Assembly: GCA_051748045.1 (NCBI GenBank)
Contig: JBNJGY010000051.1
Span: 1-12,274 of the forward strand
Source of the DNA: Thermotogota bacterium
GTDB lineage: Bacteria > Thermotogota > Thermotogae > Petrotogales > Petrotogaceae
Length of the DNA: 12,274 nucleotides
Direction of reading: 5' to 3'
The translations under genes and the position numbers were made by a program. Below are positions 1 to 9,496 of this stretch, piece by piece. The notes under the pieces are model-generated. The model saw nothing but the letters and a program-made list of their open reading frames with translations. It did no database searches and was not told where the DNA came from. Positions within the stretch are counted from its first letter, which is position 1. Each line of letters begins with the position of its first letter.

Positions 1-58
1 TTTCGGAATTGGGTTTTATTTAAAGATCTTACAATAAAAATATTGTTTTTAGAAAAAA

Positions 59-87
59 TTGCAACAATAATTTCTAAAATGTATAAT
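59..87 (+). promoter_or_regulatory. sigma70/sigmaA-type promoter for addB-addA
   Basis: TTGCAA (59-64), 17-bp spacer, perfect TATAAT (82-87). SD-like GAGGTGA at 109-115 precedes the ATG at 120. Confidence 0.7.
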
Positions 88-119
88 AGTATATATAGGT
101 ATTAAAAAGAGGTGAAAAG

Positions 120-3100
120 ATGAAAAATGTCAAAATTTTTCCGCTAAACCAGCATCATTTTGAAGAAGTTACCAATCTTATAATTCCAGAATATGAAAAA
201 GATCCTTTTAACTTTTTGTTCATAGGCCCTTCTGGTTTCTATGTAAAACAAGTTGCTGATTTAGTAGCAAAGAAATTAGGCAGAACCATTAATAGGGATG
301 CTTTTAGAGTTATAAATCAGTATATTACAGAACTTCTTATAAATAATGAACCAGATAGTGTTGTATTAGAAAGAGATTTTCTGAAAGTTTATATAAAAAA
401 AGAGATAGAAGATTTAATAGAAAAAGAAAAGAAGGATTCAGAGTTTTCTTCTTATTTAAAAATAATATCAAAATCTCAAAAATCCACGGATTATATTTTA
501 GATATATTTGAAAAAGAATGGGAAATAACAAGACTTCAAAATACTGAATCTCTAAAGTATTCTGAGAATTTTGAAGAGTTTCATAATTCTTTTGATGAAG
601 ATTCAAATTTATATAAATTATATAAAAATCTACAAGGATCTTTAGAGGATATATTAAATAACAAATTTGATGATTCAGTTACAACAGAAAAAAATTATGA
701 TCCAACAAGCGTTTATAAATGGTTCGTTGAAAATTATCACATAGAAAAAAAAGGGAAAAAACTAATTATTTCAGGTTTTTTTGACCTCACTCCTTTAACT
801 TCAAATGTTTTAAATAAACTTTTTGATATGTTCGAAACTGTTGATTTTTATATTTTCCAAAAACTGAATGATAGATCTTTTTTCTCATTAAATGGTGTTT
901 ATAATTATCTCTTAGATAACGAATTTGAAGTATCAACAAAAGCAGATAAGTTAAAAGAAGCTTTTGATAACAAAGTATTCAATATAATAAAAATGTCAGA
1001 TAATATGGATGAGATACAAAAAATAGCAGGTATGATAAAAAAGTATTTAATAAATGAGGACTTTTCTCCAGAGGATATAGGGGTAGTAATACCTGATGAT
1101 TCATATGGTGCTATTTTTGCTGATTATTTTGAAGAAATTAGAGTCCCATATAGATTTAAACAAGATATACCTCTTTCGGATAGCCAAATTGTCAATATAT
1201 TACTCCAGCCTTTGAAAACTGTGGTAAGGGGTTATGAAGTAGAAGATTTACTCGCTATGGTTGAGACAGGGTTTGGTGGGGATTCCCCATTAACAATGGA
1301 GCAAATAGAAGGATATTTGAGACATTTGAACCTTATTTATTCTTCTGGTAAAAGTTCTTTAAATGCTAGGAAAAAAGAATGGATGAAAGAAATTGAGATT
1401 TTTGAAAAAGAATTAAAAATCAATCTTAATAAATCTGATGAAAAGGAAAGAATAGAAAAACAGATAGACGAAATTGACAAACTTAAAACTTTATTTTTGA
1501 ATTTGTTCGATATATTAAAAGATGTTCTTAAAAATAGAAAGAGTTTTACTGTTAGTTCTTATAGAAAACTTTTAGAAAAATGGTTTAAAGAAGACATTTT
1601 AAAAATGAAAAGGCTTGAAGAATATTTAGATAATATGTATGAAAATAAGATGATTCATTCAGAGATAAATGCTTTAAAATCTTTTGAATCGATGCTTTTA
1701 AAAACAGAAAAATCTTTAGAAAAAATGCTCAGAAAAGAAAAAAATATAAAAATAGAAAAATTCTATAAAATAATATCAGAATTAACTCAGATTGAAACTT
1801 ACAGAAATTCAGAACGATACTCTAATACTGTTGAAATAATGAATCTTTCTGATTCAAGGTTTGTTTATAAGAAGAAAAAATTCTTCACTGGATTTACTGA
1901 AGATAATTATCCAAAAATTTCAAATAATCCTTTTTTAAATTCAATTACAAATGAAAGCGGAAATATAATGAGACTTGCAGAAAAAGGGTTTAGAAGAAAT
2001 TTAATAATATCAATGATTTTTTCAGATGAAATAATTATGACAAATCCAGTTGCAACTTTATCAGGACAACAAATTCTGGCTTCTCCTTACGAAAAAGAAT
2101 TTATAAAACTTTTTAATATAACGCCTGAGAAGATGTATAAAAACAGAAGAGAGATAATAAAGCAAAATCCAGATGAAATATTTTCTTACAATGAAGCTAT
2201 ATTGTACTATGTATTAAATAAAATAGAAATATCTGATGAAACATTTAAAAAGGCTAAGTTAGATATAGAAACTATTTCAAAACATAAAGAAAATAATCAG
2301 TGGATTTCAAATGAAAAAACCTATGTTAACTATCTTTCTCATAATAGGACATCCACTTATGTTGATTGCCCTTTTAAATACTATTTATCCAATATAGCTA
2401 AGGTATCTGGAGAAAAAGATTTCACTATTTTTGCTGAAGGTAATCTAAAACATAAAATAATGGAAAAACTTTTTACTAAATATCCAGATTATTCAAAGAT
2501 GAAAGAGCTTGATCTAGAAACAGAAAAATTAAAACAAGAAATAAAAACAATAGCTCATGAAGTTTGGGATGACACTGTATATGATGAAATATCAAGGTTT
2601 GAAGCAGTAAAAACCGTTGAAATAGAAAAAATAGCGGAAGAACTGTTAACAGCTATACAAAGCCACCTTGAAGAGTACATAAAAATAAGAAAGAATATGG
2701 AATTAAATTATTCTCAAGTTGTGAAAACTGAAGAAGTATTACAAGAAAAACTTGATTTTATTAAACATAAAGATCTAAATTTCAACACTAGAATAGATAG
2801 GATAGATCTTTTAAATGGAAATTATGAATATAGATTAGATGAATTTGATGATATTATGTCTGGAAACGCTTATTCTATTATTGATTATAAGAATAAATAT
2901 AATATACAAAGTGAGCAGCTTTTTTTATATTATTTGACATTAAAACAAAATGAAGAATGGAAAAACAAATTGGAGAAATCGAGTATATATCTAAAATTCA
3001 TGCCTCTTTCTGAAACGAAGACGAAAGTAGGAGATAAATTTATAAAAATACAGAATGAAACTGTGATCTTAAAAAAACCTGGCAATTCAAAACAATATGT

Positions 3101-3353
3101 CAATTTTCACATTTCTGAATTCTACAAATGGATGGATAAGTTATTAGATCACATTGAAAATTCTTATTTTGTACCTATCGCCAAAAAAGAAAGAAAAGTG
3201 AGAAGATTCATAGAAGAAATGAAAGATATTTATGAATGTAGAGATACTGGTGAGAAATATTACGACTGTGATTTTTGTGATTTCAGAAATCTTTGCACAA
3301 CATTGGAATACTTGGATGATTTTAAAGTCAAGCCAAAATCTTTTTATAGGTGA
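120..3353 (+). CDS. addB: AddB/RexB-like helicase-nuclease subunit B (degenerate helicase N-terminus, PD-(D/E)xK nuclease with Fe-S cysteines)
   Basis: 1077 aa. EDIGVVIP motif, LSHNRTSTYVDCPFKYY, RIDRID and IIDYK RecB-family nuclease motifs, C-terminal CDFCDFRNLC (CxxCx5C) completing a 1+3 Cys Fe-S pattern. Lies directly upstream of a UvrD-type helicase-nuclease. Confidence 0.85.
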   Translation: MKNVKIFPLNQHHFEEVTNLIIPEYEKDPFNFLFIGPSGFYVKQVADLVAKKLGRTINRDAFRVINQYITELLINNEPDSVVLERDFLKVYIKKEIEDLIEKEKKDSEFSSYLKIISKSQKSTDYILDIFEKEWEITRLQNTESLKYSENFEEFHNSFDEDSNLYKLYKNLQGSLEDILNNKFDDSVTTEKNYDPTSVYKWFVENYHIEKKGKKLIISGFFDLTPLTSNVLNKLFDMFETVDFYIFQKLNDRSFFSLNGVYNYLLDNEFEVSTKADKLKEAFDNKVFNIIKMSDNMDEIQKIAGMIKKYLINEDFSPEDIGVVIPDDSYGAIFADYFEEIRVPYRFKQDIPLSDSQIVNILLQPLKTVVRGYEVEDLLAMVETGFGGDSPLTMEQIEGYLRHLNLIYSSGKSSLNARKKEWMKEIEIFEKELKINLNKSDEKERIEKQIDEIDKLKTLFLNLFDILKDVLKNRKSFTVSSYRKLLEKWFKEDILKMKRLEEYLDNMYENKMIHSEINALKSFESMLLKTEKSLEKMLRKEKNIKIEKFYKIISELTQIETYRNSERYSNTVEIMNLSDSRFVYKKKKFFTGFTEDNYPKISNNPFLNSITNESGNIMRLAEKGFRRNLIISMIFSDEIIMTNPVATLSGQQILASPYEKEFIKLFNITPEKMYKNRREIIKQNPDEIFSYNEAILYYVLNKIEISDETFKKAKLDIETISKHKENNQWISNEKTYVNYLSHNRTSTYVDCPFKYYLSNIAKVSGEKDFTIFAEGNLKHKIMEKLFTKYPDYSKMKELDLETEKLKQEIKTIAHEVWDDTVYDEISRFEAVKTVEIEKIAEELLTAIQSHLEEYIKIRKNMELNYSQVVKTEEVLQEKLDFIKHKDLNFNTRIDRIDLLNGNYEYRLDEFDDIMSGNAYSIIDYKNKYNIQSEQLFLYYLTLKQNEEWKNKLEKSSIYLKFMPLSETKTKVGDKFIKIQNETVILKKPGNSKQYVNFHISEFYKWMDKLLDHIENSYFVPIAKKERKVRRFIEEMKDIYECRDTGEKYYDCDFCDFRNLCTTLEYLDDFKVKPKSFYR

Positions 3354-3358
3354 TTGAT

Positions 3359-6300
3359 ATGGATTTAATAAAAGAGATAAAACAAAACCCCAATAGAAAT
3401 TTTTTCATATCGGCTTCAGCTGGTACTGGGAAAACATTTACTTTAACAAAATATTATATAAGCATTTTAGAAAATAATTATCCTGATTATGACATAGTAG
3501 ATAGAATAGCAGCTGTAACTTTCACAAACAAGGCTGCTGGTGAAATGAGAGAAAGAATCATGGAAGCAGTTTATGATAAATTAGAAGAAAATCCACCAAA
3601 AGCTATTTTCTATGAAGACTGGTATAATTATTGGAACAATATAAAAATAAATTTATCTAGAGCATGGATAAAAACTATTGATAGCTTTTGCTCTAGAATA
3701 ATAAGAGACAACAATATACAAGTTGGTGTAGATCCTAATTTTGGTATGGTATCTGAATTTAAAAAAGACAGAGAAATAGAAAAAGCCACCTACTATAGTT
3801 TAAAGATGATTTTAGAATTGTATGAAGATAAAGAAATTGAATGGTTAAGAAGTCTTTCGGAAGAGAGAAAAAATAAAATAAAAGATAGTTTAAATTTTCT
3901 AAGAAGTGAGAATGAGACTTTTAAACAAACACTATTGATTATATTAGATGAACTTAAATTAGAAAATTTCAAAAATCTAATAAAAGAAAGTATTAAAAAT
4001 TGGCGTCTTGAAATGACTAGAGTAAAAATATTTGATGAATTAGAATTAGCTGACACAGACATGTCAGATAGATATATAGATATTCTATGGTTATTTAAAA
4101 TAATTTCAAATATATCAAAAGAAATATTTGAAAGTCTTACTTTAGATAATTTTCAATTTGACTTTAAAGGCATATTAGAAAAAACCATTGAAGCATTAGA
4201 AGACGAAAATATAAGAGAAAAATATCAGCAAAGGTTCAAATACATAATAGTAGACGAATTTCAAGATACCAATTATCTTCAAAAAGAAATATTTGAAAAA
4301 TTACATAATGATGATAACTTTCTTTTTTACGTTGGAGACAGAAAGCAATCTATTTATAGATTCAGAGGCGCAGATGTATCTGTTTTTACAACGGCAAAAA
4401 ACGAATTTATAAACAAAAACTATGTTTACTCATCACTGAATATAAATAGAAGATCAGAGCAAGAAATAGTAGACTTTGCTAATGCAATATCAAAAGAAAT
4501 TTTATTCAACAGCAAGAAATTAAACCAAGAAAACATAGATTATAAGATATTAGAAGATTCTCAATTTCAAAAAAGCGATGTTTCTGAACATGAAGAATCA
4601 GAAGGAGAATTGATCTCAGCTAGACTTTTAGAAGATGATTTAAATAGGATTAAATATATAAATATAACTCCGGAAAAAGCTAATAACAGTGAAAGAAAAA
4701 AAGCAGAAATAAAAGCTATGGCTATATCAGTAAAAAAACTTTTGGGACAAAAAATGTCTTTTAGAAATAGAGAGAAAGGTAAAATTCAAAGAGAGATTAG
4801 AGAAATTCAACCAGGAGATATAGCAATTCTTTTAAAACAAATGTCTGGTTATGAAGAAGAGATAAAAGCTGAATTTTCAAAAAACAACATCCCTTTTTAC
4901 ATTATAGGTGGAAAATCCTTTTATTATAAATCAGAAATACAGGCTCTTTTTTCTGCTTTATCTGCTGTTCAAAATCCATTTAACGATTTTGAATTTTCAA
5001 AATATATGATGTCTTTAATTGGAGGAATGAATTTTCAACAATATGACAAACTCATAAAGTTTAGAGAAAGTAAAAAAAGCCTATTTGAAACCTTTGAAAA
5101 AAATATAGAGCATTTTGAAGATTCTAACAACATTTTAATAGCTTATAAAACGTTAAAAAAATATAAAGACTTAAAATACTTTTTGAAACCAACATCTATA
5201 TTGAAAGGTATAGTAAATGAAACAGAATATCTTTTAAAATTATCAATATTAGATGATTCTGAATCAGCTATCTCAAATATCAAAAAACTTTTATCTGATG
5301 CAGAAAAATACAATAATATAGCAAGTTCATTCTCGGAATTAGTCAGGCTTCTCAAAAAATCAAAAGATATAGATGAAGAAGAAGCAGTTTTAGAAGATGA
5401 AACATCCAATAGTGTAAAAATAATGACTATACACAAATCAAAGGGACTTGAATTTCCTATAGTTATTATGGGAGGACTATATAAAAGTCAAAAGAATAGT
5501 AAATCGTCTGAAATAGACTTTTCACTTCCCAATTCTGAAGGAGAAAACTATTATATTATAAACAGTATTTTCAAAGATATATTAAAAGAAACTGATGATC
5601 CGTTTTTAAAATGGTTTAAAAATAATGATTTTCTTGATCAAACAGAAAACCATCGACTAATGTATGTTGGTATAACCAGGGCAAGAGAGATGTTTTTACC
5701 CTTATTGGTGGAGACTAACAATTCTACATACAATGATTTTTTTAGCAAGTTGAATTATAAGGGAATAGACAATATAAATAGTGAAGATATTGAAGATGTT
5801 AATTTAGAAATAAATAAAGAAAACTTTAATAAAGGAATACTAAAAGAAGAAAATCTTAAAAGCTTTATGGATTTGTCTTATAAACAATATATAGCTCCCA
5901 CTTATTTAATAAATGAAACAAAACCAACAGAAGCTGATTATGCAGAAGAACAAGGTCAAAATCTAGAAAGTCTAAAATTAGATTCATTATTTTCTGATCA
6001 AGAACTTCTTTTTAGGGGATCAGAATTACACTCTAAACTCCAGAGTTCTTATGAGTATCATCATTTAGAAAATTTAGTGGAAAGAAATTTACTCCCAAGC
6101 CCTTTATTGGATAAAGATATAATAAAATACGCATTTAATTCAAAAGGGAAAACAATAAAAAATGAATGGAGAATTGTAAAAAATATTAATATACAAAACA
6201 AGGAATATATGCTGTTCGGGATACCAGATAAAGTTATAATAGATAATGGCGAAATAATCATTTTGGATTATAAATATTCTTCTTTGAGAGATAAATCAAA

Positions 6301-6469
6301 AATTGAAAGCTATAAATTTCAAATGATGTTTTATCTATATTTATTAAAAGACTTTGGAGTTCCAAAAAAGGGTTATATAGTTAGTATTAGAAACGGAAAT
6401 ACCATAAAATTTGATTATACACCTGAGATAGAAACCCAAATATATGAAAAAATAAAGAAAATAAATTAA
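3359..6469 (+). CDS. addA: AddA/RexA-like ATP-dependent helicase-nuclease subunit A (UvrD/SF1A helicase plus C-terminal RecB-type nuclease)
   Basis: ASAGTGKT (Walker A), TFTNKAAGEM, TIDSFC, VDEFQDTN (Walker B), VGDRKQSIYRFRGAD, MTIHKSKGLEF, LMYVGITRAR; nuclease GSELH, GIPDKV, ILDYK. Start placed at ATG 3359 because SD AGGTGA (3348-3353, overlapping the addB stop) lies 5 nt upstream. GTG 3350 is the alternative. Confidence 0.9.
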   Translation: MDLIKEIKQNPNRNFFISASAGTGKTFTLTKYYISILENNYPDYDIVDRIAAVTFTNKAAGEMRERIMEAVYDKLEENPPKAIFYEDWYNYWNNIKINLSRAWIKTIDSFCSRIIRDNNIQVGVDPNFGMVSEFKKDREIEKATYYSLKMILELYEDKEIEWLRSLSEERKNKIKDSLNFLRSENETFKQTLLIILDELKLENFKNLIKESIKNWRLEMTRVKIFDELELADTDMSDRYIDILWLFKIISNISKEIFESLTLDNFQFDFKGILEKTIEALEDENIREKYQQRFKYIIVDEFQDTNYLQKEIFEKLHNDDNFLFYVGDRKQSIYRFRGADVSVFTTAKNEFINKNYVYSSLNINRRSEQEIVDFANAISKEILFNSKKLNQENIDYKILEDSQFQKSDVSEHEESEGELISARLLEDDLNRIKYINITPEKANNSERKKAEIKAMAISVKKLLGQKMSFRNREKGKIQREIREIQPGDIAILLKQMSGYEEEIKAEFSKNNIPFYIIGGKSFYYKSEIQALFSALSAVQNPFNDFEFSKYMMSLIGGMNFQQYDKLIKFRESKKSLFETFEKNIEHFEDSNNILIAYKTLKKYKDLKYFLKPTSILKGIVNETEYLLKLSILDDSESAISNIKKLLSDAEKYNNIASSFSELVRLLKKSKDIDEEEAVLEDETSNSVKIMTIHKSKGLEFPIVIMGGLYKSQKNSKSSEIDFSLPNSEGENYYIINSIFKDILKETDDPFLKWFKNNDFLDQTENHRLMYVGITRAREMFLPLLVETNNSTYNDFFSKLNYKGIDNINSEDIEDVNLEINKENFNKGILKEENLKSFMDLSYKQYIAPTYLINETKPTEADYAEEQGQNLESLKLDSLFSDQELLFRGSELHSKLQSSYEYHHLENLVERNLLPSPLLDKDIIKYAFNSKGKTIKNEWRIVKNINIQNKEYMLFGIPDKVIIDNGEIIILDYKYSSLRDKSKIESYKFQMMFYLYLLKDFGVPKKGYIVSIRNGNTIKFDYTPEIETQIYEKIKKIN

Positions 6470-6497
6470 CCTTTTGTTACTCATACATTAAATTATA

Positions 6498-6506
6498 TGA
6501 TATAAT
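6498..6506 (+). promoter_or_regulatory. candidate extended -10 promoter (TGaTATAAT) for the MCP gene
   Basis: TG at 6498-6499 and TATAAT at 6501-6506 in the addA-MCP intergenic region. No good -35 element. Strong SD AGGGGGA precedes the ATG at 6560. Confidence 0.4.
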
Positions 6507-6559
6507 ATTCATATATAACTTATTCTGTCAAATTATAATATATCCTAGGGGGGATAACT

Positions 6560-8260
6560 ATGGGGAGAAGTATTTCTTCGAAATTTTTAATACCATTTCT
6601 TATTTTAATGGCTGCTTTTTCAGCTTTTATGTTGATTTTCACTTACAATTCAACATATAATTCATTAATGGAAGAAAGACAGAAACAGGTAATGGAAATA
6701 GTCGAGTATACAGATGGAATGTTAACGAGACTAAATGAAAGAGTAGAAAACAATGAAATATCTCTTGAAGAAGCTCAAAGCATGGCGAGAGATTTAATTC
6801 ATAATATGACTTTTGAAGACGGTAATTATATTTTTGGCTATGATTATGAAGGTAATATAGAGATTCCTTTCCAAAGCAGAGAAGTTGGAGAAAATTTAAT
6901 GCAAACTAAAGACCAAGATGGGAATTTTCTTTTGAGAGATTTGATAGATGTTGCAAACTCAGGAGGAGGGTATCATACCTATTATTGGCCTTTACCAAAT
7001 GAAGATGGAGTTGGAGAAAAAGTATCTTATGTTTTGCCTTTTGACGAATGGGATTGGTGGTACGGAGCTGGAGTTTATGTTGACCAAGTAAAAGAAAAAG
7101 TAATGGAAAATTTTATTGTCCAACTATTTACACTTTTGATTTCAGCAGGTATCATAACCTTCTTTATTTATATGCTCTCTAGAAATATTAAAAAGAGAAT
7201 AGATGGGTTAACCCAACAGATAAAAACATTTGGAAAAGGGGACATAACAGTAACTTTCGGTGAAGAAGGGAAAGACGAAATATCCTCAATTGGTATATAC
7301 TTAAATAAAATGGCATCTGGATTGAGAAGTATTATTAATGAAATCCAAAATGCAGCAGACAAAATATCTAGTTCATCACAAGATTTGGCATCAGTTGCAG
7401 AGGAAACATCCGCATCTGCTCAAGAATTAAATTCAACTAGCGAAGAAATTGATTCAGAAGCTCAAAATACTGCCGCATCTATAGAAGAAGTTACTTCTGG
7501 AGTTGAAGAAGTATCATCTGCCAGCCAAGAAGTTTCAAAATCAAGTGAAGAATTATCTCGAGAAGCACAAACAGCATCTACTGACGCCCATGATGGAAAA
7601 CAAACATTGAATAAAATCGTTGAAATTATAAATGAAGCAGTAGAAAATACAAACCAAACTTCAGTAGTAGTAACAAACCTTGTTTCAAAATCTAAGAACG
7701 TTGGAGAAATTGTAAATACTATCAACTCTATAACAGAACAAACAAATTTACTTGCTTTAAACGCAGCAATAGAAGCAGCAAGAGCTGGCGAAGCAGGAAA
7801 AGGTTTTGCTGTTGTAGCAGATGAGATAAGAAAACTTGCTGAAGAATCACAAGGTGCAACAGATCAAATTGCAAAAATTCTCAAAGAAATAGAGGATGAA
7901 GCAGATAAAGCAGATAAATCAACTGCAACAACAGTTAGCAAAGTTAAAGAAACAGATGATCAATTTAAAAACGTTCTAGCTAAATTCGAAAATATCCTTG
8001 GCCAAATAGAAAGTATAGCAGGAAAAGTAGAAAATATGAGTGCCAATGCTGAAGAACAAAGTGCATCTGCAGAAGAAATGTCAGCAGCAATGGACAAATC
8101 CACTCAATCTGTTTTAGATATTACCGAAAAAATAAAAACTCTAAAAGAAGCTGCAAAACAAGAAAGTGATGGTGCATTACAAGTTTCAGATTCTGGTGAA
8201 GAATTATCAATGCTTTCAGAAAAACTCATGGAAGAACTTAAAAAATTTAAAACGAAATGA
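6560..8260 (+). CDS. methyl-accepting chemotaxis protein with single Cache (sCache_2-like) sensor and HAMP domain
   Basis: Two hydrophobic TM segments flank NYIFGY...KDQDG...[10 protein letters not shown]...EKVSYV...[10 protein letters not shown] (sCache_2 pattern). Signalling hairpin [37 protein letters not shown] methylation heptads ([27 protein letters not shown]). Confidence 0.95.
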   Translation: MGRSISSKFLIPFLILMAAFSAFMLIFTYNSTYNSLMEERQKQVMEIVEYTDGMLTRLNERVENNEISLEEAQSMARDLIHNMTFEDGNYIFGYDYEGNIEIPFQSREVGENLMQTKDQDGNFLLRDLIDVANSGGGYHTYYWPLPNEDGVGEKVSYVLPFDEWDWWYGAGVYVDQVKEKVMENFIVQLFTLLISAGIITFFIYMLSRNIKKRIDGLTQQIKTFGKGDITVTFGEEGKDEISSIGIYLNKMASGLRSIINEIQNAADKISSSSQDLASVAEETSASAQELNSTSEEIDSEAQNTAASIEEVTSGVEEVSSASQEVSKSSEELSREAQTASTDAHDGKQTLNKIVEIINEAVENTNQTSVVVTNLVSKSKNVGEIVNTINSITEQTNLLALNAAIEAARAGEAGKGFAVVADEIRKLAEESQGATDQIAKILKEIEDEADKADKSTATTVSKVKETDDQFKNVLAKFENILGQIESIAGKVENMSANAEEQSASAEEMSAAMDKSTQSVLDITEKIKTLKEAAKQESDGALQVSDSGEELSMLSEKLMEELKKFKTK

Positions 8261-8268
8261 TATAAATT

Positions 8269-8290
8269 AACCCGGGCTTTTGCCCGGGTT
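8269..8290. terminator. bidirectional intrinsic terminator between convergent genes
   Basis: AACCCGGGC-TTTT-GCCCGGGTT perfect 9-bp stem with T-rich tails on both strands, between the MCP stop (8260) and the oxidoreductase stop (8294). Confidence 0.9.
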
Positions 8291-8293
8291 TTA

Positions 8294-9433
8294 TTATTCA
8301 AATTCTATCCATTTATTATTGTTTTTAGAACTTTCAACAGCTTTTTCTATAAATTTTACACCTTTAATTCCTGTATCTATTTCAGGGTAATATCCAGCAG
8401 GTACATCAATATCAAAATCTTTCCTCATAATAGCGTTTATAAAATTCTTGTATGTTCTGGCAAAAGCTTCTATATATCCTTCAGGATGTCCACCTTCAGT
8501 TAAAAAGTCTTTTTTTATTTCTGGATAAATTAAACTACTATTTCTTGAAACCATTTGAGAAGGACCATTTAGTTTTGAATACTCTAAGTAATTGGCTTTA
8601 TTTTGGTGCCATTTTATAGAGCCCTTTGTTCCGATGATTTCAATACCAAGATCATTATCATTTCCTATTGCAATCTGAGATATCCAATAATGGCCTTTAG
8701 CTCCATTATCAAATTCAATCATCATAGTAACATTATTATCTAGTTTTATATTTTCTCCAAATTTATCTAATCTCGCAGAAATCTTTTTAATCTTCAAATC
8801 AGTAGTAAAACTGACTAGATTTTCTAAGTGTGTTCCTATGTCACCTGTTGAATTACTCGGGCCTGATATTTCAGGATTTAGTCTCCAATTTGCGTGTTCA
8901 TTATCCATGATATTTTCTGTATCTGCCATCCAATCTTGAATATATCTTCCTGAAACATATCTTATTTGACCAAGTTCTCCGTTTAAAACCATCTTCCTAA
9001 TTTGTTGAACCATTGAATAACCAGTATAAGCATAAGTCACAGCAAATAAAAGATCTTTTTTCATTGCAATATCTCTTAATTCTTCTGCTTCTTCTAATGA
9101 AATAGTAACAGGTTTATCACATATAATATGAAACCCTTTTTCTAAAAATAACTTTGCTATATCATAATGAAAAACATTTGGTGTTGCTATTATAATAAAA
9201 TCTGGTTTATCTTCTCTGTCAGATTCTTTTTGAGCCATTTCTTTATAATCTTTATAAACTCTTGATTCATCTATTTCCCACTTTTTAGCTAATTTCAAAT
9301 TTTTCTCATAATCTCTTGAAAAAACAGAAGCTACAGGTTCAGCTAAATTATGATAATTTGCTGCTTTTCTGTGTACTTCACCTATTAAAGAACCAGGTCC
9401 TCCTCCAATCATTCCATATCTCAACTTTCTCAT
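8294..9433 (-). CDS. Gfo/Idh/MocA family NAD(P)-dependent oxidoreductase
   Basis: Rossmann GMIGGGPGSLIGEVHR, IATPNVFH, ICDKP (EKP motif variant), GDIGTH, GHPEGYIEAF. Start moved to ATG 9433 (MRKLRYG, 379 aa) because SD AAGGGGGTG is at 9448-9440 and the longer ORF begins inside a terminator hairpin. Confidence 0.9.
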   Translation of the reverse strand: MRKLRYGMIGGGPGSLIGEVHRKAANYHNLAEPVASVFSRDYEKNLKLAKKWEIDESRVYKDYKEMAQKESDREDKPDFIIIATPNVFHYDIAKLFLEKGFHIICDKPVTISLEEAEELRDIAMKKDLLFAVTYAYTGYSMVQQIRKMVLNGELGQIRYVSGRYIQDWMADTENIMDNEHANWRLNPEISGPSNSTGDIGTHLENLVSFTTDLKIKKISARLDKFGENIKLDNNVTMMIEFDNGAKGHYWISQIAIGNDNDLGIEIIGTKGSIKWHQNKANYLEYSKLNGPSQMVSRNSSLIYPEIKKDFLTEGGHPEGYIEAFARTYKNFINAIMRKDFDIDVPAGYYPEIDTGIKGVKFIEKAVESSKNNNKWIEFE

Positions 9434-9464
9434 TCGTTTCACCCCCTTATTATATTTTATCATT

Positions 9465-9493
9465 AAAAACACTCCCATAAAAATGGGAGTGTT
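9465..9493 (-). terminator. intrinsic terminator after ribU-DICT
   Basis: Perfect 11-bp stem AACACTCCCAT-TTTT-ATGGGAGTGTT (9493-9468) running into a T tract on the minus strand, 3 nt after the stop at 9497. Confidence 0.85.
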
Positions 9494-9496
9494 GGG

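Noticed and set aside
2330-3353. Cas4-like signature (RecB-type nuclease with four cysteines) suggesting a CRISPR or defence system
   Set aside because: It is the normal AddB nuclease domain in an addB-addA pair. No cas genes or repeat-spacer array are present.
337-6261. Small minus-strand ORFs at 337-606, 3793-4062, 5143-5436 and 6061-6261
   Set aside because: They lie fully inside addB/addA on the opposite strand, have F/L/I/S-rich shadow composition and show no motifs.
6489-6515. Sigma28-type promoter, or TATATGA-N8-TCATATA operator, upstream of the MCP gene
   Set aside because: There is no GCCGAT-like -10 element, and a 7-bp almost all-AT inverted repeat is expected by chance here.
7380-8100. 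Repetitive GAAGAA...TCT/GCA sequence in the MCP gene
   Set aside because: It reflects coiled-coil methylation heptads of the protein, not a DNA repeat element.
7168-8301. Minus-strand ORFs at 7168-7362, 7462-7725 and 8104-8301
   Set aside because: They are antisense to the MCP gene, and the last one runs through the terminator hairpin.
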